A stretch of DNA of 64,000 bases, from positions 21,367 to 85,366 of IMG/VR virus record IMGVR_UViG_3300017992_000015. One strand, written 5' to 3'. Below the pieces are notes generated by a model. It was not told the DNA's origin, did no database searches, and saw nothing but the letters and a program-made list of their open reading frames with translations. Positions within the stretch are counted from its first letter, which is position 1. Every line of letters begins with the position of its first letter. The translations under genes and the position numbers were made by a program. This DNA comes from a virus. Taxonomy: Duplodnaviria > Heunggongvirae > Uroviricota > Caudoviricetes. Positions 53,621-62,338 of this stretch are shown here, in pieces.

Positions 53621-54118
53621 GGCGGGCTCCGATACGGTTGATTTTCCGTATCATACCCGCCATGTGTGGTTATGAGCAATATCAAAAATGGGCTGCGGCG
53701 CTACGACTAATGCTGCACCCTTGCGGGCTTTCCCTTAGCACACGCCGCCGAGGCATAAGTAGCTTTAACTGTCCTCACCCAAAGGGCGCTCGTAGGTTTT
53801 ATTCGGTTCCCGGTGCCCTCCCGCGTTTAGCGCGGCGGCTGCCTACCGGTTTATCGCCTACGTCTGTCCTACCAACAGTCCCAGTCGAAGCTGGCTAGCG
53901 CTGTACCCTCGACCATATAGGCCCGGCCGCTCGGTTTACCGAGGGTATCTCAAGCGACTGTTGAACCGTCTGGCGGGAGTTGCGCCCGCTTAGCCGAGAC
54001 CTACAGCCCCAGCCAGATACTGACCTGCCCAGTGGTTCGTGTGGTCACCGGAGTCGAACCGGCCGGCAAGCGGGCACTGGACCTAAAAGCCATTCCCGCC
54101 GCAGATTTCCGTCTACCA

Positions 54119-54394
54119 CTAGTCTCCGAACTCTTTTCGTATGTCCTCAGGAACCATGTTCCTAAGCTTATTGATTCTGCCCTGGATCGTCCGAATGTGC
54201 AAGGCCTGTTCGGAGGTGACGTTGTCCACCGTCTCGAACTTTGCGATGAGCTGCAGCTCCGTCACGGCTCCGCGGCTCTCGTGGATGAACTGATCCGCAC
54301 GCTGGTCGCCCGGGATGAAGGGCAACATCTCCTCGAGATCCTCCAGTTCCTGGAGCACGAGCTTGCACGTCCTCAGCATCTTGGTGGCCTTCAT
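54119..54394 (-). CDS. Hypothetical protein (91 aa)
   Basis: Well-formed ORF; plus-strand ORF 54032..54427 is its antisense shadow. Confidence 0.5.
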   Translation of the reverse strand: MKATKMLRTCKLVLQELEDLEEMLPFIPGDQRADQFIHESRGAVTELQLIAKFETVDNVTSEQALHIRTIQGRINKLRNMVPEDIRKEFGD

Positions 54395-57192
54395 TCGTCA
54401 CCTCCTATTACCTTTAACCGGTGTTGAGGATTAGAGTTGCAGCGGTCGATCTGCTTGTTCCACCATGACTCTGATATAAACCAGCCCCTTTCATTATCAT
54501 ACTCGCATTCGCCATCCAGTGCATTGGCAGCTTTGAATGCGTCGCTTACCCTGGCCGGATCGGGGGGCATCACACCACGCTTCTCACAGATGCCAGTGAT
54601 AGCAACTCTAGGGATGAAAATGCCTGGCGCACGGTCTTTCGGCGCACACCGCACGATCGTCGCGCCTCGCCCTTTGGTCGTGTCGCCCGGGCGTGCGAAT
54701 CGAATGTATCCGTCACAAATTTGCTCATGCAGCAGGGCTACCAGCTTCTGCGCGGGCTTCTTGGGTAGCTCCGCCACGTTATCTACACGGCTGCCAGCCT
54801 CGTAGATCACCTTGACTGGCCCATGCTCTTGCATCATGGACGCCATGTCGTCGATCACGCGGATCAGGTATTCGTCCGCATGTGATTCCAGTTTGAACTT
54901 GCGCTGGCTGATACGCCTGAGCCACAGAGGCAGCACGCGCGGCAATAACTGCCTCACATGCGCCCCCGGCTCTACGGCCTTGGGTCCGTTTATAAACCGC
55001 CACGAACCAACGAGTGACCAGACGTCGGCGTGCCATTTATCGGTGCACAGGATGGTGTTTGCTTCGTAGCCGCCGTGTGCCATGACGTCCTGGACACGAC
55101 GAGCTTGGTTTTGCATGTTCACCATTAACGGCCAGCGATGCCGGGCTGTGACATCAGTTATCACTCCCAAAGATTTGTCTATGCCCGCCGGCGTCGCAGA
55201 CGCACTACTGTACTCACAACATCCGCACGTTCTTGCAGTCTCTTTCCCGCAGAGCACAGCACCATGACCGATGAGCCCTATACCGGTCACGTGCTGCCCT
55301 ACTGCAGGCGCCAAGATATTCGCTCCGATACAGGCGGCGGTTGCCCACACCAGAGCGTTTGCTGGGCTGTCCTCCAGCAGCGGAGAGAGATCGGGAATCA
55401 CCGCTGTAGGCGCATCCAGATCCTGGCCTGGTGCCCATGCGTCGACAACATGAGCGGGCTCGTCGCACACCTCACCTCCGACGTGCACGGCGAACTTAGG
55501 GAGGCTGAAGCAGCTGTCGCGTGGCTTCCAGCCGAACTTTCCGTCTTCACGGATGACCTCGGGGGTGTGTAGCCCACGAGCAATATCGAAAATGTGCGGT
55601 GCCCATGCTCGCTTGATGACGACCATCTTGCCGAGCTTGGACAGCACCTTCTTCTTGAGCCATGTCCCTGGGTCGCTCTCGATCTTGCTCATGGGCTCAA
55701 CGAATTCCACCTGCTCATTACCATAGATGATCCTCCCCTGATAGTAGGGGTCGGCGTCCTCGTCGTCTTCGATGCAGATGACCTTCTCCACCCTGAGAAT
55801 GGCGTCACAGACACACTCGCCGGTTTTGGCGACGTGCCAGCCATTGCTCATCTCTTCAATGCCCTGGCCCCTGACTGTCGTGTTGTGGAACTGCGTGGCC
55901 GCCTTTCGGTGGCGCTCCAGCAGCTCCTGCACCTCGTCGCAGCAGCCATCCGTGAATTGCATCAACATGTCGGGAGGGATGTCGATGTTTTGCAGCAGCG
56001 TCGCAGCCGCGTCCTCCGGGATTACGCGTAGATGCGCCTCTAGCGCCTCTGCCCAGGGTCGCGCCCGGCGCTGCATGTCTCGCAGCCACATGTGCGGCGG
56101 CCGCCGCCACGTGTATTGCGCAGCAGGGACGATGCTCACAAGCCCATCGGCACGCGCCGCCATGTTGAACAGGTTGGCCGACAGCACCTTGTCCCAGAAG
56201 ATGAATCGTTTGTCCGGTCGGGTACGCCAGAAGTCGTACGTGCGCAGCTCCCATTTACGGGTCTGCCGGCGGACCAGCGCGTTGTACGTGCCCACGATCG
56301 GCAGCGGGAGGTCCGCGTCCTTCATGTGCCGGGCCTGCAGCTTGAGCGCCGTGGCCGGATCGGGGATCACGAACACCTGATTTTTGAAGAGCTGCGCATG
56401 GGACGTCGGGCCGTTCAGCACGTCCGCCATGCACACGCCGATCTCCGCCACAGCTGCGGCAGCCCCGTGCGGCGCCAGCTTGGAGTCGACCAGCCGGAAC
56501 GTGTAGTCTTTGTCTCGCTCGGCGTGGCGGCCGATGAACAGCACACCGGCACAGCGCTCGGGCAGATCGTGGAAGGGCACCACGAGCATATCGTTCCAGC
56601 CCTTGCCGCGGAACATGTTCGCGTGCTCGTTGCGGCCCACAGAGTTCTCTTTGCGCGGACCGGCGTGCGGGTAGAACCCCTGGATGCAGCGGAGCTTGTC
56701 GGCCCCGCCGATGAAGCGCCCCATGCGCTTCCGCCAGTAGGCCCGCTGGTGGTCCTGCGGGAGGCCCATCTGCTGGAGGACGCGCTCGAGCTGGACGTCC
56801 CCGTCGGCCATCAGCCGGCGGCTGTCCTCGCGCAGCCGGCGAATGTGCGTTTGTTCGGCCACGTAGCCCTGCTCGTAGCGCCGGATTGCCTCCTGAGTGA
56901 CGGCGTCCGCCGGGAATGGGAGCCCGGAGGCGACCAATCGCCGGATTGTGTCCTCCAAACTGATCTTCCACGTTTTTGCTGCCAGTTCTATCATATCTCC
57001 AGAGGAATGGCAGTCAGGGCAGTAGTGCCAATTCCCGCCGAACTTGCTATCATTGTAGATAGTCAGGCGGGGTTTCCTGCACATCGGGCAGGGCACCATC
57101 AGCGGGATGGACGTGGAGGCGGCCTTGATTCCTAGCAATGGCAGCACCTGGTGCCATCCGATATGCGCGTTGATCGACCGGCGTCTTAACAT
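54391..57192 (-). CDS. Large (933 aa) protein with N-terminal primase-type CHC2 zinc finger; putative replication-initiation/primase-like protein
   Basis: CPMCRKPRLTIYNDSKFGGNWHYCPDCHSSGDMIELAAK resembles DnaG zinc-binding domain; Walker-A-like GHGAVLCGKET; internal shadow ORFs. Confidence 0.55.
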   Translation of the reverse strand: MLRRRSINAHIGWHQVLPLLGIKAASTSIPLMVPCPMCRKPRLTIYNDSKFGGNWHYCPDCHSSGDMIELAAKTWKISLEDTIRRLVASGLPFPADAVTQEAIRRYEQGYVAEQTHIRRLREDSRRLMADGDVQLERVLQQMGLPQDHQRAYWRKRMGRFIGGADKLRCIQGFYPHAGPRKENSVGRNEHANMFRGKGWNDMLVVPFHDLPERCAGVLFIGRHAERDKDYTFRLVDSKLAPHGAAAAVAEIGVCMADVLNGPTSHAQLFKNQVFVIPDPATALKLQARHMKDADLPLPIVGTYNALVRRQTRKWELRTYDFWRTRPDKRFIFWDKVLSANLFNMAARADGLVSIVPAAQYTWRRPPHMWLRDMQRRARPWAEALEAHLRVIPEDAAATLLQNIDIPPDMLMQFTDGCCDEVQELLERHRKAATQFHNTTVRGQGIEEMSNGWHVAKTGECVCDAILRVEKVICIEDDEDADPYYQGRIIYGNEQVEFVEPMSKIESDPGTWLKKKVLSKLGKMVVIKRAWAPHIFDIARGLHTPEVIREDGKFGWKPRDSCFSLPKFAVHVGGEVCDEPAHVVDAWAPGQDLDAPTAVIPDLSPLLEDSPANALVWATAACIGANILAPAVGQHVTGIGLIGHGAVLCGKETARTCGCCEYSSASATPAGIDKSLGVITDVTARHRWPLMVNMQNQARRVQDVMAHGGYEANTILCTDKWHADVWSLVGSWRFINGPKAVEPGAHVRQLLPRVLPLWLRRISQRKFKLESHADEYLIRVIDDMASMMQEHGPVKVIYEAGSRVDNVAELPKKPAQKLVALLHEQICDGYIRFARPGDTTKGRGATIVRCAPKDRAPGIFIPRVAITGICEKRGVMPPDPARVSDAFKAANALDGECEYDNERGWFISESWWNKQIDRCNSNPQHRLKVIGGDE

Positions 57193-57218
57193 GTAGACCT
57201 CGAAACAGGGAACAAACC

Positions 57219-58436
57219 ATGTCCAGCGTAATGGATCAAACAGAAGACCTCAACGGACAGGAGATTCATCGTATCAACTCCATCTATCCGTTGCCAGCCT
57301 TTGTCAAGTCCGCGAGCCAACGTGACATCTGCGGAGATGACGACGTCGCCCCCCATCAGTACGCCGACCTCTCTCGTCGGCGCTATCCCTGCCATACCGG
57401 CGCAGCCACGGTCATGTCCTCGATCTTCTTCCACGAGAAGCGGGCCGAGATGAGTGTCGGGCAGGCCGATCTGGTCGAGAGCCGTCTGATGCATGCCGCC
57501 CAGTTCCATGGCGTGGCCGATCAGGTGACCGAGATGAAAGAAAAGGTTGCCGCGGCCCGACGCTACGATTCGACTGAACTTCCGGATTCGGATTTCGCGG
57601 TCGTTTTCGATGACGGTCAGGGACAGCGTGAACGGCACTACCCGATGCGCAACATCGGTGAGGTCAAGGCCGCGGCAGATTGGCTCGCCGAGTATCGCGA
57701 CCAGCTTCCGTATGCGGATCGGAACAAGTTCGCGACGAAGATACTCCAGAAACGTGCTGCATTCGGCGCGGACCTGCCGGAGCACATCGACATGCTGGAG
57801 AAAATGGCGGGCCTCGGTGTGTGTTCGGGTAAGCAGGCTGCGGAGATCATCCGCACCCGCATCAAAGCCGCAGGGAATACACACCAGCCGAGCGAGCTGC
57901 AACAGGAGTTGGAAAAGCTCGCCCGGCTGTGTGAGGAATCCTCGGATAGTATCCGGCACTACAGCGTTCTCACAAAGATCGCAGCGGTCGTGGACCAATT
58001 CGATCGTGAGACTGGCCTCAACCGCCGGTATGACAATGTCATCCAGCGACCCGAGGAGCTGTTCGCCGTCACCGAGAAACTTGCTGCCGAACTGTCGGAC
58101 GACCTGGTGGGGTCGCCGCTCTCCGGCAATTATTACAAAAAGGCGGACTTGCAGCGTCTGCCTGTCAACGATCTCGCTGACGCGCTTGGCGATGATTTCA
58201 CAGACGAGGTTGCGCCCGCAGGCGCGTGGGTCGACACCGAGAAGCTGGCCTCTATCGTTCCGACGTTGCCGCGGGGCGACATCGAGCTTTTTGATGAGGT
58301 TGCGGCTGCTTCAGGGGTTGAGCCTTTTGCTGTGAAGTCGGCGTCTTTCGGGCGAGCAATTTCTCCCGACGAGCAAGCGCGGCTCGCCGCGCAGCATAAT
58401 CCTCGTCCGGGGAGCCTCTGGGATGGTGTGAACTAG
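57219..58436 (+). CDS. Hypothetical protein (405 aa), plus strand, divergent from 933-aa gene with ~27-bp spacer
   Basis: Long well-formed acidic ORF; start MSSVMDQTEDL. Confidence 0.5.
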   Translation: MSSVMDQTEDLNGQEIHRINSIYPLPAFVKSASQRDICGDDDVAPHQYADLSRRRYPCHTGAATVMSSIFFHEKRAEMSVGQADLVESRLMHAAQFHGVADQVTEMKEKVAAARRYDSTELPDSDFAVVFDDGQGQRERHYPMRNIGEVKAAADWLAEYRDQLPYADRNKFATKILQKRAAFGADLPEHIDMLEKMAGLGVCSGKQAAEIIRTRIKAAGNTHQPSELQQELEKLARLCEESSDSIRHYSVLTKIAAVVDQFDRETGLNRRYDNVIQRPEELFAVTEKLAAELSDDLVGSPLSGNYYKKADLQRLPVNDLADALGDDFTDEVAPAGAWVDTEKLASIVPTLPRGDIELFDEVAAASGVEPFAVKSASFGRAISPDEQARLAAQHNPRPGSLWDGVN

Positions 58437-58532
58437 TGCACCGATCGTAGAGACCCAATAGAAACCAGCTCGCGACGCCTGACACGATCACGAATACTGC
58501 GACGCACAACTCGAGCGGGGTGAGGGAGGCCA

Positions 58533-58790
58533 TCAGTCCTCCTCATCGTCGTCGAAGTCGTTCCATTCGTCGTCTTCTTCGTCTTCATAGTCGTCGTCGA
58601 AGTCGTCGTCGAAATCGTCGTCTTCGTCTTCATCATCGTCGTCGTAGTCGTCGTCATCGTCGTAGTCGTCGTAGTCGTCGTCGAAGTCTTCGTCTTCGTC
58701 GTCGTACTCGTCACCCCCGCTGCTCTGTAATAGGGGTTCCGGCAACCATTTTTGATGGCGACCCGTTCTCGGAAAGGTTGTTGCTGACAT
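58533..58790 (-). CDS. Hyper-acidic D/E/Y/F-repeat protein or frameshifted C-terminal tail (DNA-mimic candidate)
   Basis: GGDEYDDEDEDFDDDYDDYDDDDDYDDDDEDEDDDFDDDFDDDYEDEEDDEWNDFDDDEED; only Met is at 58790 inside preceding gene; different frame from 58711..59595. Confidence 0.3.
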   Translation of the reverse strand: MSATTFPRTGRHQKWLPEPLLQSSGGDEYDDEDEDFDDDYDDYDDDDDYDDDDEDEDDDFDDDFDDDYEDEEDDEWNDFDDDEED

Positions 58791-59595
58791 TCGTCGTGGA
58801 CTCCTTGTCACCGAACCGTCTGTCCCAGCACCGAGTCGCCAGTTGGATCGTCGTGATGATCGCAGTCCTGGTGGTCGGCGGAAATACGGGGCGGCTAAGC
58901 GGTTTCTCGCAGATGGGACAGCACACCTTTCGCCGTCCCTGAATGATCCTCGTAAACGGTTTCTTATCCGCTTCGAACCAGTGGAACTCCGTGTGGGCAC
59001 ACGTGCGTCCCTCCTGGATGACGAAGTCCCACGGAGGCGGGACCTTCTCCTTCAGCTTCTCCGTGCTGTGCTTGCTCATCAGCAGGTGGGCCAGCTCGGT
59101 GTCGAGCGGGAGCGCCTTCATCTGATGTGCCAGCTGCCACGGGACAGGCTGCATGTTCTGGATCGCCAGCCAGAGACCGACGTGGCGGTTCCAGGTGTCG
59201 AGGTAGTTGCAGAAACTACCGCCGACGAACAACGCGTTGCTACCGCGTTCGACCAGCGCCACGGCAACGCCGCGGGGACTGGAAATCATGTCCTTGGCGT
59301 GGACCTTGAGCATGAACCGGCTGCGCATCTTGCGGGCGCGGCAGCGGGTGAAGCTCTTGGAGTCCGTATCATAGATCATCATGTCGGTCGGCTTCTCGCC
59401 GTCTTCCGGCTTCACGATGTCCATGATCTGACGCCCGCTCGGCACTTCGACCACGTAGTTGACGAACAACTTCGAGTCGATCGCCGCGTGGTTGCGCACC
59501 GAATCAACGGCCTGCTTGCAGTGCTGAATCCAACCAGCCCTACTGGCCTCCGGTTTCACGTGCTCAGCATAGTGAGCAATCGCATCATCGAGCAT
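58711..59595 (-). CDS. Hypothetical protein (294 aa) with C-terminal CCPICEKP zinc-finger-like motif
   Basis: Well-formed ORF; stop lies at the start of the acidic-repeat tract. Confidence 0.5.
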   Translation of the reverse strand: MLDDAIAHYAEHVKPEASRAGWIQHCKQAVDSVRNHAAIDSKLFVNYVVEVPSGRQIMDIVKPEDGEKPTDMMIYDTDSKSFTRCRARKMRSRFMLKVHAKDMISSPRGVAVALVERGSNALFVGGSFCNYLDTWNRHVGLWLAIQNMQPVPWQLAHQMKALPLDTELAHLLMSKHSTEKLKEKVPPPWDFVIQEGRTCAHTEFHWFEADKKPFTRIIQGRRKVCCPICEKPLSRPVFPPTTRTAIITTIQLATRCWDRRFGDKESTTNVSNNLSENGSPSKMVAGTPITEQRG

Positions 59596-59631
59596 AGCAC
59601 AGCTCCTTGTTTGGGCGGATGATCCGCCGGT

Positions 59632-59853
59632 TTATAGGTATGGACATAACAATGCCCAGACCAAAAGAATAGCAAACGTCACGGGCATACATAGCCTCGT
59701 GAGACACACCTTCATCCGTTCCGCGGTCCGAATTCTGCTGAAGTCATCCGAGACCTTCTTGAGCGTCTCCGCTGCGATCGCAACGCTTACGACCAGCAGC
59801 AGCCACAGCGCAATCGAGACCATGCAGATGACGCTGAATACGATCTGCGTCAT
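59632..59853 (-). CDS. Small two-TM membrane protein (73 aa), holin-like topology
   Basis: IVFSVICMVSIALWLLLVVSVAIAA and VTFAILLVWALLCPYL hydrophobic helices. Confidence 0.4.
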   Translation of the reverse strand: MTQIVFSVICMVSIALWLLLVVSVAIAAETLKKVSDDFSRIRTAERMKVCLTRLCMPVTFAILLVWALLCPYL

Positions 59854-60641
59854 TCCGAAGTTCCTTCCGTTCGTTCGATGTTGACCTTGCGAAACTTACG
59901 ATTCTCCGCTGGCGTTTGATTTTCGGCGAGCCGGCCGGGCCGACCACCGAGCGCCAGTCGCGCCTCGTCAGATAGCTTCTGGCGTAGTAGCCATTCACGC
60001 ATCTTTTTCCATGTGCCTTTCGGCATCTGTTCACACGCATCCCGCAGCGCCCATAGATGACCGTCGTCCATCCACGTGTAATCCGTGATGAGCGGCTGGA
60101 ACATCGCGTTGATGATCCTGCGGAAGTCATTCGGCGTCTTGGCGTACGGCGTCAAGCCCGTAAGCTGTACGTTCATGAACATTTTGACATCCCAACTGAT
60201 GTCCTTGTGGTTGTTACGCACGGCGTCGAGCCAGTCGTTGGAGTGCTCGCCGTTGCGGGGTTGCAATTTCGTGTACCGCCAGGCGGTCGTCACACGATTG
60301 CCGTACCACCGGCCGATTATGTTGTTATCTTTTACTCGGCCGGACAGTGTTCCCGGATCTGCTGTGAGTAGCATCAACGCGCCGCCCATATTGAAAGGGC
60401 CGCGCCACGCATCGGCGATGATGTCGTGGCGCCAAAAGGCGGCGCCGTTGATGTACTCTTTCTTTTCCGGTGAGATAGCGATTATGCTTCCGAGATAGGG
60501 CCGGATCGGGAAGGAGCCGCTGGTCTGTGCCCAGCGTTGGAGGGTATTTTCTGCGACCCATCCTTCGACGTTACCGAAGTAATCACCGATATGCTCTTCC
60601 CAATGCGGCTCCTTTCGGAGGTCGCGTGGTCTTCTAGGCAT
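59850..60641 (-). CDS. Hypothetical Trp-rich protein (263 aa)
   Basis: ATGA overlap with downstream membrane protein. Confidence 0.5.
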   Translation of the reverse strand: MPRRPRDLRKEPHWEEHIGDYFGNVEGWVAENTLQRWAQTSGSFPIRPYLGSIIAISPEKKEYINGAAFWRHDIIADAWRGPFNMGGALMLLTADPGTLSGRVKDNNIIGRWYGNRVTTAWRYTKLQPRNGEHSNDWLDAVRNNHKDISWDVKMFMNVQLTGLTPYAKTPNDFRRIINAMFQPLITDYTWMDDGHLWALRDACEQMPKGTWKKMREWLLRQKLSDEARLALGGRPGRLAENQTPAENRKFRKVNIERTEGTSE

Positions 60642-61329
60642 TCACCTTTTTCCGGGTGCGAGCCTTGCGGGGCACCTTCTTGTCAGTCTGACAAATGCGG
60701 CAGCGCTCGCACGTCATTTTTCTTTTGTACGTCATCCCGTTCTCGCCAGGGCACACGAGGCGGCCGCTGGTGAACCGTACGAGCGTGGCGCGCTTGGTAC
60801 GCAGCACCATGTCGCAGTAGGCAGGGACAACTTCGTCGTCAGAGGTCTGCATGTAGGCGGACCGAACGCCCTTGAGGGTCGGCGGCTTGCCGTCGATCTC
60901 GTGGGTGTCCTCATCAACCGACCACCACAACTTGGTGTTGGGCAGCGCGTTGAAATCGGTCAGTGCGGGCATCAATCGCTTGATGCGCCAGGACCGGGTG
61001 TACGCGTAGAACGTCACGTCCGGGCACTGTTCGGCAACGGCAATCCACTTGCGGATGTATGGGGCGTCAAAGAAGTCGCCCGTGACGTGGATCCGCAGCG
61101 TCTTGACGTTCTTCCGCTGGATTTCATCCACCATCTTGCTTACGAAATTGTCCTTCTTCACCGCCTTGTGGTTCGCAGCGTGGCTGCTCTTCACGTTGGA
61201 GCGGCGGAAGTGACCTTTCTTTCCGTAGCAGTTTGCAGCACACACTTCTGTCTCACCAGGGCAAGTGATGCACGGTGGGAGACTGAATGTATGAATGTTA
61301 CCCAGTTTAGAGTTACCGGGCTGAAGCAC
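60634..61329 (-). CDS. Cys-rich protein, paralogue B of 49385..50095 (CITCPGETEVCAANCYGKKG)
   Basis: Shares motif set with paralogue A plus C-terminal CPGENG...CERCRIC cluster. Confidence 0.5.
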   Translation of the reverse strand: MLQPGNSKLGNIHTFSLPPCITCPGETEVCAANCYGKKGHFRRSNVKSSHAANHKAVKKDNFVSKMVDEIQRKNVKTLRIHVTGDFFDAPYIRKWIAVAEQCPDVTFYAYTRSWRIKRLMPALTDFNALPNTKLWWSVDEDTHEIDGKPPTLKGVRSAYMQTSDDEVVPAYCDMVLRTKRATLVRFTSGRLVCPGENGMTYKRKMTCERCRICQTDKKVPRKARTRKKVNA

Positions 61330-61417
61330 GAAGCACCTCCTGTCGATTGACGGAAGGACCGCCGTCTGGCCAACGTGGCTTCGACAGCAGGTCCAAATTC
61401 AATCGACTGGGTTGGTG

Positions 61418-61798
61418 CTAGTCTTCGGTATTGCGGAAACGAATGCCCCGCCATTGACGCTCGTCACTGAGATCCAGCTGCGTGCTGCGCGGCGCGTTGG
61501 CCGTGCCCGGCTGGAACTGATCGACAGCGGTCATGTCGTCGTAGTCGCTGGCCTCCGATGCCTTGCAGTGTTTGCACGTGCGGGGCTTGGGATTACCAGC
61601 AGAATCCTTCTTGAGGATCGCCCACCCGCGACAGTCGCAGGAGAGTGTGTCATCGGTCCACAGGATCGTCAGGTACTTGGTCAGCCCGTTCGACGATGTG
61701 GACTCTTTGCATTTGGATGGGTACGCCGTACTTCCGTCGGAGCCGTGCTTGACCCCGTTCTTGAAGGTGTACTTCACCGCACTACTGCGTGTCGGCAT
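61418..61798 (-). CDS. Hypothetical zinc-binding-like protein (track ORF 61418..61954 includes Lys-rich N-terminal extension of uncertain reality)
   Basis: CDCRGW...CKHCK; C-terminus ...RQWRGIRFRNTED; Lys-rich frame overlaps acidic tail of 61782..62258. Confidence 0.4.
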   Translation of the reverse strand: MPTRSSAVKYTFKNGVKHGSDGSTAYPSKCKESTSSNGLTKYLTILWTDDTLSCDCRGWAILKKDSAGNPKPRTCKHCKASEASDYDDMTAVDQFQPGTANAPRSTQLDLSDERQWRGIRFRNTED

Positions 61799-62258
61799 CT
61801 TTGCTTTCTTCTTGACCTTCTTCTTGGCTACCTTCTTCTTGAGCCGGGTCATCTTGACCTTGGCCTTCTTTTTGATCTGCACCTTCTTTGGGGCCGGGCG
61901 CTTCTTCTTGCCCGTCCGTTTGACTGGTGCCTTCTTCTTCGTGGCTTTCGCCATCGCCTGTCTCCCTGTCGAGGAACATCAGGATGTCGAGTGCCAGACC
62001 TTCGTCGGGCGTTCCGGTGTCCACGTAGAAGTACCCCTCGGCATCGATCTCCACCGTGCCTACGGTTCCGCCAGTAAGCTCGATCTCGAGCGTTACCTGG
62101 CCAGTCCCGCCGTACGATATGTCGACCGGCAGTGTGGGCACAACGTCCCAGAGTGCAGCTCCAAGCCGCAGTGCTGCTGTTTTTGCCTTCTGGCTTACCG
62201 GCAGCGAGATGTGCGCCAACTGCGTGCGCATCTGAATCAGGTTCTTTGCTGTGGACAT
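61782..62258 (-). CDS. Hypothetical protein with acidic E/G/Q-rich C-terminal tail (158 aa)
   Basis: Globular N-terminal 105 aa; tail SHEEEGTSQTDGQEEAPGPKEGADQKEGQGQDDPAQEEGSQEEGQEE is the alternate frame of the Lys-rich region. Confidence 0.4.
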   Translation of the reverse strand: MSTAKNLIQMRTQLAHISLPVSQKAKTAALRLGAALWDVVPTLPVDISYGGTGQVTLEIELTGGTVGTVEIDAEGYFYVDTGTPDEGLALDILMFLDRETGDGESHEEEGTSQTDGQEEAPGPKEGADQKEGQGQDDPAQEEGSQEEGQEESKDADTQ

Positions 62259-62338
62259 AGTATCTCCTATAGGAAAAGGAGGCCGCGGGTGGGGAAATGG
62301 GCAAGCAATAGTAAAACCACCCGCGGCACACCTGTTTG

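Noticed and set aside
53621-54118. tmRNA gene
   Set aside because: T-arm-like element present, but no acceptor pairing partner and no tag reading frame ending in ...ALAA-stop was found; left as an unexplained structured region
54040-54125. Additional tRNA upstream of the HNH region (T-arm GGCCGGTTCGACTCCGG)
   Set aside because: Could not build a D-arm or anticodon arm; only a 5-bp acceptor with mismatches; probably a coincidental T-arm-like palindrome (CCGGCCGG)
54032-54427. 131-aa plus-strand ORF
   Set aside because: Leu/Arg-rich antisense translation of the better minus gene 54119..54394
56255-56971. 238-aa minus ORF inside the 933-aa gene, and similar ORFs (51079..51513, 36344..36925, 11305..11817, 12393..12821, 2785..4101 etc.)
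   Set aside because: Out-of-frame or antisense shadow ORFs with extreme Arg/Pro/Gly/Ala content lying entirely within well-supported genes
58545-58715. Tandem short repeats (GTCGTC/GAAGTC units); checked as a possible CRISPR-like array
   Set aside because: Codon-level GAC/GAA/TAC repetition encoding an acidic tract; no spacer-repeat periodicity of 28–37 bp, so not a CRISPR array
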